A stretch of DNA of 64,000 nucleotides from Thainema sp. (GTDB lineage Bacteria; Cyanobacteriota; Cyanobacteriia; Phormidesmidales; Phormidesmidaceae), in the NCBI GenBank assembly GCA_052168235.1, contig JBQLZK010000001.1, positions 96,001 to 160,000 of the forward strand, written 5' to 3'. Made by a program: the position numbers and the translations under genes. How positions within the stretch are numbered: position 1 is the first letter of the stretch; every line of letters starts with the position of its first letter. Under the pieces are notes generated by a model. The model saw only the letters and a list, made by a program, of their open reading frames with translations, had not been told where the DNA came from and made no database searches. This document shows, in pieces, positions 1 through 9,881 of the stretch.

Positions 1-1349
1 GCCAGTTTCCCGAACAGCGCCGCATCGCCGAGCTGTTCTGCCTGCTTGTTAGCTTCACGGGCTTTCCGCTTGATGGCGTTAGCCATCTCCTTTTGACCAT
101 GCTTATCGGCATAGCGACGAGTCTCTTCATCAACAAGATGATAGAGATAATCGTAAACCGCTTGGTGTGCGCCCCGAGCAGCACTCATGATGGCCGTTTC
201 TCCTTGGCTCCAGGCATTGATATCAGCACCATGCTCTACTAAGGCTGTCACCATGTCCAAGCGACCGTACAGGGCCGCCTGCATAATCGCCCGATAGTCA
301 TCTTCCATACCGGCGTCTGGATTTGCGCCTGCCTCCAGCAACAGTTGCAAAATGGGTAGATTATCTTTGATGATTGCGACTGCCAAGCCAGTTTCTTCGA
401 GCGTGCCTCCTTCTGGAGAAGCTCCAGCATCCAACAGCAGTTTGACCAGATCTGAGCGATTTTGCTGAATTGCCATGCCTAAAGGCCGAGCATTAACCGA
501 CCAGTCCAGTAAATCTAGATTGGCTCCGGCAGTAATCAGGGTTTGAATGATCTCCGGCTGGCCTCGGTAAACGGCTGCCACTAGAGGAACTGCTGTATCC
601 CAACCGCTAGGATTCAGCTCTGTACCTGCTTCTATAAAATGTTTAACCTGAGCTAAATCATCTTGAAGAATGGCTCGAATCAAGGGTGATGCATTTTCTT
701 CATCGTATTCAACGGCATCCTCGTCATATTCATCGGATTCATCATCCTCGTCTTCGAAATAGTCAGAATCATCGCCCATCATCTGAGCCACACCAGCCTG
801 GGCCACTGCACCTGCAAACTGTAGCCAACCATGTCCTGCATTTGATTCCTGACGGAGAGTGTACTCATCGACCATTTGAGCCACTGTCAACAGGTCTGCA
901 AAGATGACCTGTGCCGCGCCATGCTGTTGCTCGAAATCTTGCACAGTTGTCAGATGCTGCTCCAAAAGCGTAACCGCACTGAGTCCGGGAAACGACATGC
1001 GAAAGAGCTGCTGTTCGTCGTAGACATTCTGGACAATTTGTGTGGTGGTCGTTGTCAAAAAGCTGTCGTCTGCGAATTTAGCAACACAATCAATCCCGCT
1101 CAAACCGGATTCTGTCGCCATCACTGAAACAACAATGCAATGATCCGATGTGGCATAGGCGTAAATCTCGATCCGGTCAAATTGAGAGCAGGTTAATTTT
1201 CCTAAATACGTTAGACCTTGATCAAGGAGAAGTTGCCCAACCTGGCGAACGCTGGCATGTGCGGATGCCGGTAACGCTTCGTATTCAGTACCAAAATAGT
1301 TTCCGGCTTGACCGCTGTAGAGTAGGGGAATCGGCTGGTCTGCACTCAT
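1..1349 (-). CDS. Ankyrin-repeat protein (3' end runs off the window); unknown N-terminal domain + acidic linker + ankyrin repeats
   Basis: Not in the ORF track. Manual translation from ATG at 1349 (MSADQPIPLLY...) is open to base 1; D/E-rich linker (DDSDYFEDEDDESDEYDED), then repeats such as PLVAAVYRGQPEIIQTLITAGANLD, LVKLLLDAGASPE, LVEHGADINA. Confidence 0.85.
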   Translation of the reverse strand, partial: MSADQPIPLLYSGQAGNYFGTEYEALPASAHASVRQVGQLLLDQGLTYLGKLTCSQFDRIEIYAYATSDHCIVVSVMATESGLSGIDCVAKFADDSFLTTTTTQIVQNVYDEQQLFRMSFPGLSAVTLLEQHLTTVQDFEQQHGAAQVIFADLLTVAQMVDEYTLRQESNAGHGWLQFAGAVAQAGVAQMMGDDSDYFEDEDDESDEYDEDAVEYDEENASPLIRAILQDDLAQVKHFIEAGTELNPSGWDTAVPLVAAVYRGQPEIIQTLITAGANLDLLDWSVNARPLGMAIQQNRSDLVKLLLDAGASPEGGTLEETGLAVAIIKDNLPILQLLLEAGANPDAGMEDDYRAIMQAALYGRLDMVTALVEHGADINAWSQGETAIMSAARGAHQAVYDYLYHLVDEETRRYADKHGQKEMANAIKRKAREANKQAEQLGDAALFGKL

Positions 1350-1455
1350 GAAAAACCTTTGAACGACAACTGGAACAAATTGTTTGTCCTAGAGTGCCCG
1401 AAATCGTCTATGGACTCATACCAGCTTTATGAAGTAGTGCTATGGTTCAGGAATA

Positions 1456-1530
1456 CAGTAGACAACTAGACAACGACAGTAAATAGCGGCAGTAGACAAC
1501 TACAATAGACAATGCCGCAATAGAGCAGCA
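1456..1530 (+). repeat. Degenerate short tandem repeat (CAGTAGACAAC-like units)
   Basis: cagtagacaacta at 1456 and 1490 plus diverged copies (tagacaacga, caatagacaatg, caatagagcag). Confidence 0.5.
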
Positions 1531-1796
1531 ATTAGCTCAGCATGCTTATCATGTCCTGCAATTTAGGATAGACTTCGTTGCTACGAAATATTTTTGGCTG
1601 AACGATTACAATGGCGGCGGATTAATCCAGCAAAGCAGTTTATATCAGTCTCTCCATTCAGTTGTTTCTGTTAAGAAAGTTGACACAAATAGACTCCAAA
1701 TCTGAAAAAGCGGAAGAGGTCTTCTAGGCATCTTTCTATTTTGGGATTGAGTTTTATTGGTTCGTTATTGATGACAAACATTTACATATTGATCAA

Positions 1797-2642
1797 ATGG
1801 CTATGATTGACTCGACGCGATTAACGCGATCGCGCTTTTTGCGACAAACATGTTTAGGATTGAGTGCCCTGCTGTTGGTCACGGCCTGCGGTGGTGGCGG
1901 CACTGATACGGCGAGTGGAGACGGCGCAGCCTCAGCCGACGGTGCCCAAACACTGACCGTTGCCACTGAACCTGCGTTTCCACCGTTTGAAGCTCAGGCC
2001 GCAGATGGTAGCCTAGAGGGTTTTGATATTGACCTGATGACGGCGATTGGCGAACAAGCGGGTTATGAAGTCGAATTTGAGAGCTTGCCCTTTGACGGCA
2101 TTATTCCGGCACTGCAAGCGGGTACGGTAGATGCAGCGATTAGCGGCATGACGATCACTGCTGAACGGGAAGAAAATGTTGATTTTACCGATCCGTACTT
2201 TCAGGCTGGACTTGCGATCGCAACTCGCAAGGATGAAGGTACGGTGCAGTCGTTTGAAGATCTAGAAAACAAGCGCATCGCCGTTCAAATTGGTACCACA
2301 GGCGCAGAAAAGGCGAATGAAGTATCGGGTGCAGAAGTCAGCACCTTTGATTCGGCTCCACTGGCCCTCCAGGAACTCCGAAACGGCAATGTTGATGCCG
2401 TGATCAACGATGCCCCGGTAACGCTCTATGCCATCAAAGAGGGCAACTTGGATGATCTGGAAGTGGTGGGTGAACAACTGACATCGGAGTATTACGGCAT
2501 CGCCTTGCCGACAGGTTCCGAGGATCTAGAGGCGATTAATCAGGCTTTAGATGAGATCATCGCCAACGGCACGTACGCGGAGATCTATCAAAAGTGGTTT
2601 GGCACTGAACCGCCTGAGCTACCGGAAAACTACACGCCATAG
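1797..2642 (+). CDS. Polar/basic amino acid ABC transporter substrate-binding lipoprotein (GlnH/ArtJ family)
   Basis: Lipobox LVTAC; EPAFPPFE, GFDIDL, FDGIIPALQAGTVDAAISGMTITAER, AVQIGTTG. Confidence 0.92.
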   Translation: MAMIDSTRLTRSRFLRQTCLGLSALLLVTACGGGGTDTASGDGAASADGAQTLTVATEPAFPPFEAQAADGSLEGFDIDLMTAIGEQAGYEVEFESLPFDGIIPALQAGTVDAAISGMTITAEREENVDFTDPYFQAGLAIATRKDEGTVQSFEDLENKRIAVQIGTTGAEKANEVSGAEVSTFDSAPLALQELRNGNVDAVINDAPVTLYAIKEGNLDDLEVVGEQLTSEYYGIALPTGSEDLEAINQALDEIIANGTYAEIYQKWFGTEPPELPENYTP

Positions 2643-2680
2643 GTTGTGTTCAGAATGCTCGGTTCTTAACTCGATTTGAT

Positions 2681-2813
2681 TAGGAGTTATGCAATTTAGC
2701 CTAGCCAACGCTACTGATAGAGTTATGATCCCCCCTGCCCCCCTTAATAAGGGGGGTGGCGATAGCCGGGGGGAGCCTGCAAGCTGTAAAACTTGTCAAG
2801 TGCGTAAGTCCTA
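2681..2813. mobile_element. MITE-like element with TAGGACTTACGCA-type terminal inverted repeats and a GC-rich double-hairpin core
   Basis: taggagttatgca (2681) vs tgcgtaagtccta (2801-2813), 11/13 complementary; core ccccccttaataagggggg. Confidence 0.7.
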
Positions 2814-2845
2814 CTGATGTCATTCACTTAAATGGAGCCTGTATT

Positions 2846-3598
2846 GTGCTGATTCTTGGAGCAATTGATCTAGCACGGTCAATGGAGATTATCGCCGCTG
2901 CTCTTCCCAACCTGCTGCGCGGGGCGCTGATCACGGTTGAGCTAACGGCCCTAGCCGTTCTATTCGGTCTCGTTTTTGGATCGCTGATTGGTGTTGCTCG
3001 CCTGTCACCGATTCTGCCCCTGCGCTGGTTGACACGGGTTTATGTTGACTTCTTTCGCGGAACGCCACTGCTGGTGCAGATTTTCATGATTTACTTTGGC
3101 ATCCCGTCCCTGGCTGGGGGATTGGATCTAGAGTTTCGCTATCCCAATCGGCTGCTGCCTGCCGTTCTCGCCCTGTCGCTCAATGCCGCAGCCTACATTG
3201 CCGAAATTGTGCGGGGTGGTATTCAGTCGATTGAACTGGGGCAACAAGAAGCTTCTCAGTCGCTGGGTCTGGGTTCGGCGCAAACCATGTGGTACATCAT
3301 TTTCCCGCAAGCCTTTCGCCGCATGATTCCGCCGCTGGGTAATGAGTTTATTACCCTGATGAAAGATACGAGTCTGGTTGCTGTGATCGGCGTCGAAGAA
3401 TTGTTCCGTCGAGGTCAGCTCATCTATGCCAATAACTATGCCGTGTTCCAGATTTTGATTGCGGTTGCCGCGATGTATTTGGTGCTGACGCTGTTGTCGT
3501 CTCAGCTCTTTAGCTTCTTAGAACGCTGGATGGACCCGGTGAATAAGGCCAAACGTCGATCTTCAACGGCTGAATTGGCTCAAGAACCTACCGTTTAG
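2846..3598 (+). CDS. Amino acid ABC transporter permease (GlnP/HisM family)
   Basis: FRGTPLLVQ, AAYIAEIVRGGIQSI...GQQEA, NEFITLMKDTSL; GTG start 2846 after GGAG. The longer ORF-track start lies inside the MITE. Confidence 0.9.
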   Translation: MLILGAIDLARSMEIIAAALPNLLRGALITVELTALAVLFGLVFGSLIGVARLSPILPLRWLTRVYVDFFRGTPLLVQIFMIYFGIPSLAGGLDLEFRYPNRLLPAVLALSLNAAAYIAEIVRGGIQSIELGQQEASQSLGLGSAQTMWYIIFPQAFRRMIPPLGNEFITLMKDTSLVAVIGVEELFRRGQLIYANNYAVFQILIAVAAMYLVLTLLSSQLFSFLERWMDPVNKAKRRSSTAELAQEPTV

Positions 3599-3651
3599 GA
3601 ATTCACAATTGCATTTCTAGACAGAGCATCCTATAGGGGCCCAAACATCCC

Positions 3652-3679
3652 GTAGGGGCGAATGGCCATTCGCCCCTAC
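3652..3679. repeat. GTAG-type REP palindrome
   Basis: Perfect 28-bp palindrome gtaggggcgaatggccattcgcccctac between convergent genes. Confidence 0.85.
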
Positions 3680-3706
3680 AAAGGTTTAAACGCCTCTACC
3701 ACATTT

Positions 3707-5815
3707 TTAGGATGTTAGCGCTGTGTCAACCCACTGTTTAATCAGCGAGACGACTTCTTCAACGGGTACATCCTGCGATTCGTGATCGGCGCGCTTCACG
3801 ACTTCTACCTTGCCGTCTTTCAGTGAACGACCTGTGACAATCCGGAAGGGAATGCCCACCAGATCGGCATCTTTGAACTTGACTCCGGCTCGCTCATCCC
3901 GATCATCCAGCAGTGTTTCTACACCCGCCGCATTTAGCTCATTGTAGATTTGCTCGGCAGTCTTCATTTGATTTTCGTCGCTGATGTTGGGGACGACAAC
4001 AACGGCATGATAAGGCGCGATCGCAACTGGCCAAATAATCCCATCTTTATCGTAGGATTGCTCGACAGCGGCCTGTGCGAGACGGGATACACCAACACCG
4101 TAGCAGCCCATGACCAGCGGCTTCTCTTCACCCTGCTCATTGGTGTAAGTTGCGCCCATTGCCTCAGAGTATTTGGTGCCCAACTGGAAGATGTGACCGA
4201 TCTCGATGCCCCGTGCGGTTTGCAACGTTTGGCTTTGGTCATGCACCGCGCGATCGCCTGCTGCGGCTTTCCGCACGTCTACTACGTTGTCAGGCAGTGT
4301 AAACTGAGCGCCCCAGTTGGCCCCAACCACGTGACTATCCGTTTCGTTTGATCCAGTGGCAAAATCCTTCAGGTCAACAGCGGTTTCGTCCACTAAGCGA
4401 AGAAATTTTATTTGTGCTTCTCCCCTATTATTCAGCGTTTGCAGTTGCGCAAGCTGTCTCAACAGACCCTTCTCTCCGGTCAGTACTGAATCTTTAGTTA
4501 ATTCTTCTTCTGAGTTTGGTAGATTTCGAGATCGCTGTATGGCTGTTCCCCAAGCTTCGATAGCAGTATTAAGGTTTGAAAGGTCTTTGTCTTCCGGGAT
4601 GAATTTTCTCAAACTGTTGGCTTTGCCTTGTTCTTCCAAGTCAAAAACCTTTTTCAAGTCTTCCGCAGTCTCTAACTTTATCTTGGGATCAAAGTACAAA
4701 GTCCAATCCAACTCAGGCGACAAATATCCATTTGGTAAAGGCTCTAGATCCTCTGACTGTTGAGCATCCCAATGCTGAGCATCCACACTCAAAGCTTCTG
4801 TTTTTAAAACGGTGACACTACCTTCTATACCTGGATGCTGCAAAGCAGAAATCAGTTTATTCTGAAGTTTGACTTCGTTTACCTCTTGATCACCACGAAT
4901 ACTGACTAGAACAATTGCTCGAAGCTTTATATAAAAAGGACTTTGAAGATATTGAATATCATACAGAACGTTTTTGACAACGTTGGTCGGCGAACAGTTC
5001 AGATGCTCACAAAGGGTTGCGATCGTCGGTGTATTCGGCGTGTCTAGCTTTTCGTACTTCTTAAACGGCGAGGATTCAGCATCGGCAGGTAGCGATACAG
5101 CACGCTCAACGTTGGCAGCGTACTGGCCATCTTCGGTGTAGAGCACCTCGTCTTCACCCGCTTCTGCCAGCACCATAAACTCCTGGGATTTGGCACCTCC
5201 GATCGCACCGGAATCGGCTTCTACTGCGCGAAACGCCAAGCCCGTTCGCCGCAAAATGTTGCAGTAGGCTGTATACATCTTCTGATACGACTCTTCCAGC
5301 CCTGCCTCATCGGCATCAAACGAGTAGGCATCCTTCATGATGAACTCGCGTCCCCGCATCAGACCAAAGCGAGGCCGAATTTCGTCGCGGAACTTGGTTT
5401 GAATTTGGTAGAGATTCTGCGGCAACTGACGATAGGAGCGAATCATCTCCTTGGCAATCGTCGTAATTACCTCTTCATGGGTCGGCCCCAAACCCAGCTC
5501 TCGCTGCTGACGGTCGGTGATGGCAAACATAATGCCTTCGGCTTGGGTGTAGGTATCCCAGCGACCGGACTCGCGCCACAGCTCGGCAGGCTGAATTTGC
5601 GGCAGCAGACACTCCTGCGCTCCGGCTGCGTCCATTTCTTCTCGGACAATCTTTGATACTTTTTTGAGCACGCGCCACATCAGCGGCAGATAGGAATACA
5701 CCCCGCTACCAATCCGCCGAATATAGCCTGCCCGTACCAGCAGCTTATGACTCGGAATCTCCGCCTCGGCTGGATCTTCCCGCAATGTGACAAAAAGCAT
5801 CTGAGACAATCGCAT
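3707..5815 (-). CDS. proS: Proline--tRNA ligase with an extra insertion of about 90 aa in the editing domain
   Basis: [72 protein letters not shown]. Confidence 0.97.
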   Translation of the reverse strand: MRLSQMLFVTLREDPAEAEIPSHKLLVRAGYIRRIGSGVYSYLPLMWRVLKKVSKIVREEMDAAGAQECLLPQIQPAELWRESGRWDTYTQAEGIMFAITDRQQRELGLGPTHEEVITTIAKEMIRSYRQLPQNLYQIQTKFRDEIRPRFGLMRGREFIMKDAYSFDADEAGLEESYQKMYTAYCNILRRTGLAFRAVEADSGAIGGAKSQEFMVLAEAGEDEVLYTEDGQYAANVERAVSLPADAESSPFKKYEKLDTPNTPTIATLCEHLNCSPTNVVKNVLYDIQYLQSPFYIKLRAIVLVSIRGDQEVNEVKLQNKLISALQHPGIEGSVTVLKTEALSVDAQHWDAQQSEDLEPLPNGYLSPELDWTLYFDPKIKLETAEDLKKVFDLEEQGKANSLRKFIPEDKDLSNLNTAIEAWGTAIQRSRNLPNSEEELTKDSVLTGEKGLLRQLAQLQTLNNRGEAQIKFLRLVDETAVDLKDFATGSNETDSHVVGANWGAQFTLPDNVVDVRKAAAGDRAVHDQSQTLQTARGIEIGHIFQLGTKYSEAMGATYTNEQGEEKPLVMGCYGVGVSRLAQAAVEQSYDKDGIIWPVAIAPYHAVVVVPNISDENQMKTAEQIYNELNAAGVETLLDDRDERAGVKFKDADLVGIPFRIVTGRSLKDGKVEVVKRADHESQDVPVEEVVSLIKQWVDTALTS

Positions 5816-5981
5816 GGGCGCGTTTCCCTCTCTCAACCCTACTGAATAGTTACACACCAGTTAAGTCTACATGTTCCAGCGCGATGCAACATAGATACGG
5901 ATTGGCTAACAGGTTACAAATGAGATCATCGCCAGCGTATCTTGGATGGTGTGCGTAAAAAGTGCGATCGCACATCAGAAG

Positions 5982-8147
5982 TCAGGGTTTTACATCCCGT
6001 ATTCTCCATTCTGACCTGCCAACCACCGCAAATTGCCGCCAGTGGATGCCGGCCAGTATCGTTGTGAGGCCACCCATCAAACTCAGAGGAATGACAAACA
6101 TCGCCACTTCAGGGGGCAGTCCTAAAATATTGACATCGCTTAATGACGCAGGTACCAACCCGATACCAATCGCCAGCGATAAGCAGGGAAACAGCAGGCA
6201 ACTGACGCTGCCAATGGAACCAAACCAAAACCGGCTTTTTTGCCGCTTGGCGAGCAACAACACCTGGCTTGCCATTGCAGCAAAGAAAACGGAACCTATG
6301 AACATTAAAGTACTGCCCACCAGTCCGAAAAGGTCGAGTTTGTCATTTAGAAAATGCCGATAACAGAGCATAAACCAAGCGGCGAAGAGGGTTGCCATCA
6401 GTAACAGATTGAGGCCTATACCTATGATTGGGGAGCTGGTATCGCCGACGAGTAAATCTCGCCACAGCGGTAGCCGACCTTCGTGGGTCATGCGGGCGGT
6501 GCGAAATCTGGCCCAGTCTTGCAAAGTCTGGCGATCGCAGCTAAGGCTCGGCACTAATAGCAAGCTATAGAGCAAACACAAGATGGCAATCAATGACAGC
6601 AGCGGCAACAAGTCATACCCCTCAACTTGGGTCTCCGACAACCCTAAGACGATGAACATAAACAGAGCAGTCAGCCAATAGCTATATCGTCGAGCCAGTA
6701 AAGACTTTGTAGGGTGTTCAAACCGCCGCTGTAGAGCATGACCTAGCAACACACACCAGCCACAGGCATGCAACACCGTCAATAGGGTGTATTCCACAAA
6801 ATTGACCCGAAAGATGCTCAGGGGCAGGTTAAGACCATTCGAATGGATCAGACTGTCTACATCAATGAAATAGCATGCACTTCCCAGAGGCGAGAACAAA
6901 ACAGCCCAGTCCAGCGGTGTGGACGGCATAGGTATATTGCTATCCCACCTTGCTAGCGAAAAAACTCCTACCAGAAACTGAAAACTCAAGCCCCCAGCCG
7001 CTGCTAGCCAAGGTATTAGGGACATTAACATCGGTGCTCTGGTGGCCAACCCCAACAGCAACGCTGCTACATACAGAATAATCGTTTGGCTCAGCAAGGC
7101 AATGTTAAAGCCAATCAAGTAAAATCCATTGAACCCTGCAGAGAGTCCCGCATAGATTTGAAATGGCACCATAGCCGCGATCGCAAGATACAGACAAATC
7201 GGTACGCCTGCTAGTTTGCCACCCAAAATAGTCAGGGCCGAACGGGGACTCATACGCAAGAAATTCAGCGTACCCCGCCGTTGTTCTTCCACCAAGTTGT
7301 TAGTCAATAGAAAGATGCCAAAGCCCATCAAGCACAAGGTCATCAATCCCGACAGGGTAATGAAGATGTTTTGGTACCACTGAGGCCAGTCAATTTGATA
7401 AGACAATTTATCTGTCGACAATTGACACCGTTGCTCGTCAGTATCGCCTATTAAACAGTAGTCAACCCGTTTATTTGATATGGCGATGCGGGATACTTGC
7501 ACCGTAAACTGTCCTCGATCAGGACGATAGAGTGTCAGCTCAACAGTGGAGTGAATCAGCGGCAGGGTTTCTGTTGATAACTGTTGGTGCTCAGTCCCCC
7601 GAATTAGGTTCGCTACATTTTCTTCGTGAACCGGACGGTAATCCCCTTGCCAATCAGAGGCTGGGTTTCCAGTGATCTCGGCTATGGTTGCTTTTTCCAA
7701 TTGTTCTATGGGCACACCATTTAAGGCTACCAAGCGATCCCCGACCTGTAACTGCTGCAAAGCAAACTGCCCTGCCTCATAATCGCCCCGTGCCACTGCT
7801 GGAGCCGCAATATTCTCGATGAAAAGTCCTCTTTGCCTACTAACCGTTCGCTCTGACCAGTTAGTAGGCATCACTTTCTCGTACACCTCATCAGGTAAAC
7901 GCACTGCTGGAGACAAATTAATCTGTGGATAGGTGGTCAACTCTAAATCCGCTGGATCGACTCCGGGCAGCGCATTAATGAAGCAAAACAGCACAATGAC
8001 CTGTACCAGCAATGACAACCCGATCGCTGTCAAAACTGAAAATCTTCTTAAGCGGCCTTTGAGTTCTCGGAGTAGTTGCGGATTCCAGTCTCCTAGGCGA
8101 TCAAGGACAGACGTTGTGAGGGTACCGATGGATCTAAACGTCAGCAT
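5982..8147 (-). CDS. ABC transporter permease (cyanobacterial WNPQLLRELKGR family) with a PDZ-like loop
   Basis: Many TM helices; EEQRRGTLNFLRMSP motif; follows an ABC ATPase gene on the same strand. Confidence 0.75.
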   Translation of the reverse strand: MLTFRSIGTLTTSVLDRLGDWNPQLLRELKGRLRRFSVLTAIGLSLLVQVIVLFCFINALPGVDPADLELTTYPQINLSPAVRLPDEVYEKVMPTNWSERTVSRQRGLFIENIAAPAVARGDYEAGQFALQQLQVGDRLVALNGVPIEQLEKATIAEITGNPASDWQGDYRPVHEENVANLIRGTEHQQLSTETLPLIHSTVELTLYRPDRGQFTVQVSRIAISNKRVDYCLIGDTDEQRCQLSTDKLSYQIDWPQWYQNIFITLSGLMTLCLMGFGIFLLTNNLVEEQRRGTLNFLRMSPRSALTILGGKLAGVPICLYLAIAAMVPFQIYAGLSAGFNGFYLIGFNIALLSQTIILYVAALLLGLATRAPMLMSLIPWLAAAGGLSFQFLVGVFSLARWDSNIPMPSTPLDWAVLFSPLGSACYFIDVDSLIHSNGLNLPLSIFRVNFVEYTLLTVLHACGWCVLLGHALQRRFEHPTKSLLARRYSYWLTALFMFIVLGLSETQVEGYDLLPLLSLIAILCLLYSLLLVPSLSCDRQTLQDWARFRTARMTHEGRLPLWRDLLVGDTSSPIIGIGLNLLLMATLFAAWFMLCYRHFLNDKLDLFGLVGSTLMFIGSVFFAAMASQVLLLAKRQKSRFWFGSIGSVSCLLFPCLSLAIGIGLVPASLSDVNILGLPPEVAMFVIPLSLMGGLTTILAGIHWRQFAVVGRSEWRIRDVKP

Positions 8148-8182
8148 AACTATCTCCAAGATGGATGGGTGACAGTGGAAGA

Positions 8183-8237
8183 GATGGGTGGATGGGTAGT
8201 GGGTAGATGGGTAGACGGGTAGATGAGTAGGTAGGGC
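8183..8237 (+). repeat. Short tandem octamer repeats (GATGGGTA), STRR-like
   Basis: gatgggtg gatgggta gtgggta gatgggta gacgggta gatgagta. Confidence 0.75.
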
Positions 8238-8320
8238 AGTTTCGAGTTAGGGGATGGATACTTTTATTTCAAACATACCCCTAACCAGAATGCTGGGACA
8301 GCAGGCAATTTCGCATCTGA

Positions 8321-9271
8321 TTAAGTTGCTTGGGTATGACCAATTTTGCAGAAAATATCCTCCAGGCTTTCCCGAAATTGATGGAATTCATAAAGGGGAA
8401 TGTTGGCATTAATCAGCGATCGCAACAGGTCGGCGGCATCATCAGAATTTCCTACAAACTGAATTGTGATCTGATTAGCTACAGGATCAGCCGCAATTTC
8501 TGAAACCAGTGAGCAGTGAGCTAATTCAGCGCGTAAATCCTGTAGACTGCCGCGAGTACCGATAATGATTTTTGACTGGCTGAGCCGCTGATAGAGTGTT
8601 TCTAACGGAGCGCATTCCACCAAGTAGCCAAATTCTAGAATGCCGATCGCGGTACAGAGTTCTGCCAAATCGCTGAGCACATGGGAGGAAATCAAAATGG
8701 TCATGCCTAGACTATGAAGATTGCGCATGACCTGGCGAAATGTTTGCCGGGCAATGGGATCAAGCCCCGATACTGGCTCATCCAGCAGCAAAATCGACGG
8801 CATGTGAATTACCGTTCTGGCCAGTCCGAGTCGCTGCTTCATGCCCCGCGAAAGCGTTGTAATCAAACTCTCGCGTTTGTGCCCAAGATCGACCAACTCC
8901 AAAACCTGCTGAATGCTACGCACTCGCCGTTGCCCTTTCAGGTGATACAGCCGTGCAAAGTAATCTAAATAGTCCCAAACGGTCAGGTCTTCGTATAGCG
9001 GAAAATCATCGGGTAAGTAGCCGATTTGTCGCTTTAAGTCTGCCTGCGGACGACTGGGATCTAATCGCTCGCCCTGGAGTAGGATATCGCCAATAGTAGG
9101 GGATTCGGCGATCGCTAATAGGCGAATGAGGGTCGTTTTGCCAGCGCCGTTTGGCCCGATCAGACCAAATACAGCACCAGACTCAATTTCCAGGTCAATG
9201 TCTCGCAAAACAATTTGGTGATCAAATCGCTTGGTTAGCCGCTGTGTCTGAATAGCAAGGGAAGTATTCAT
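8321..9271 (-). CDS. ABC-2 type transporter ATP-binding protein
   Basis: GPNGAGKTT, LSRGMKQR, LLLDEP, ISSH; ATG 9271 preferred because the longer ORF start lies within a palindromic element. Confidence 0.93.
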   Translation of the reverse strand: MNTSLAIQTQRLTKRFDHQIVLRDIDLEIESGAVFGLIGPNGAGKTTLIRLLAIAESPTIGDILLQGERLDPSRPQADLKRQIGYLPDDFPLYEDLTVWDYLDYFARLYHLKGQRRVRSIQQVLELVDLGHKRESLITTLSRGMKQRLGLARTVIHMPSILLLDEPVSGLDPIARQTFRQVMRNLHSLGMTILISSHVLSDLAELCTAIGILEFGYLVECAPLETLYQRLSQSKIIIGTRGSLQDLRAELAHCSLVSEIAADPVANQITIQFVGNSDDAADLLRSLINANIPLYEFHQFRESLEDIFCKIGHTQAT

Positions 9272-9335
9272 AGTATGAGTAGTATTTATACACAGTAGGC
9301 ACGGACGAATGCAGCCTCTTGAGCCTGGCCTGCAA

Positions 9336-9446
9336 CTCATATCAAGTCCGTGTGTGAGAACCCATTGTTTATTTTTTATGAAATGCTGGCTAAGCCAGCA
9401 TTTCATAAAAAATAAACAATGGGTTTTTAACCGGATTTCATATCAG
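9336..9446. mobile_element. TIR-flanked long-palindrome miniature element (32-bp arms, TAA loop)
   Basis: TIR ctcatatcaagtccg / cggatttcatatcag; perfect arms 9359-9390 and 9394-9425; core ggc-taa-gcc. Confidence 0.75.
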
Positions 9447-9881
9447 TCACTGATTCGCTAATTGACAGAAAAAACTCGTGTTAATCAAGGTGCGCTCTCT
9501 GAATATCAACTTGAGTTGCCATTAATCCAGCTTGCTCGCCTGATCAACATCCTTGATCCGTGAAACGACTAGTAGAGTACCCAAAATGATTCCATTAATT
9601 ATATCCGCGATCAACCGTTGTCTGGGTTGGTAGGTCTGCTGGGTGAAACGTCATCTCTTAAGGCTTTAGGAAAAGCAGCCAAAAGAAATTAGCTTGACGG
9701 TTATGCTCAAAGCCGCTGCCGCTGCAACCCATTAGGCCGAAGTCGAATTTCATCACAGAGTAATGGCTATGAAAGATTGCGTGCGTGGACAATTTGGCAT
9801 CAACAGTGACAAAGTCCAAGCCGTTGGCTACCAGAAAAAAGATGCGATCGCACTTTTCTTTGATGCAATCCCACCACTCAT

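Noticed and set aside
1456..1530. Possible CRISPR-like array
   Set aside because: Units are 10-15 bp, degenerate and lack unique spacers; no cas genes. No CRISPR array was seen anywhere in the window.
2756..2845. N-terminal extension of the permease in the ORF track
   Set aside because: It starts inside the MITE; a GTG with an RBS at 2846 is more plausible.
3625..3716. TIR pair (gcatccta / taggatgt) around the REP at 3652
   Set aside because: Only about 8 bp match and the right copy overlaps the proS stop; too weak to call a MITE.
4410..4705. Intein or CAAD domain in ProRS
   Set aside because: No Cys/Ser start with His-Asn end, no LAGLIDADG motif and no hydrophobic helices.
9272..9406. N-terminal extension of the ABC ATPase
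   Set aside because: It runs through the palindromic element and has no family-like sequence.
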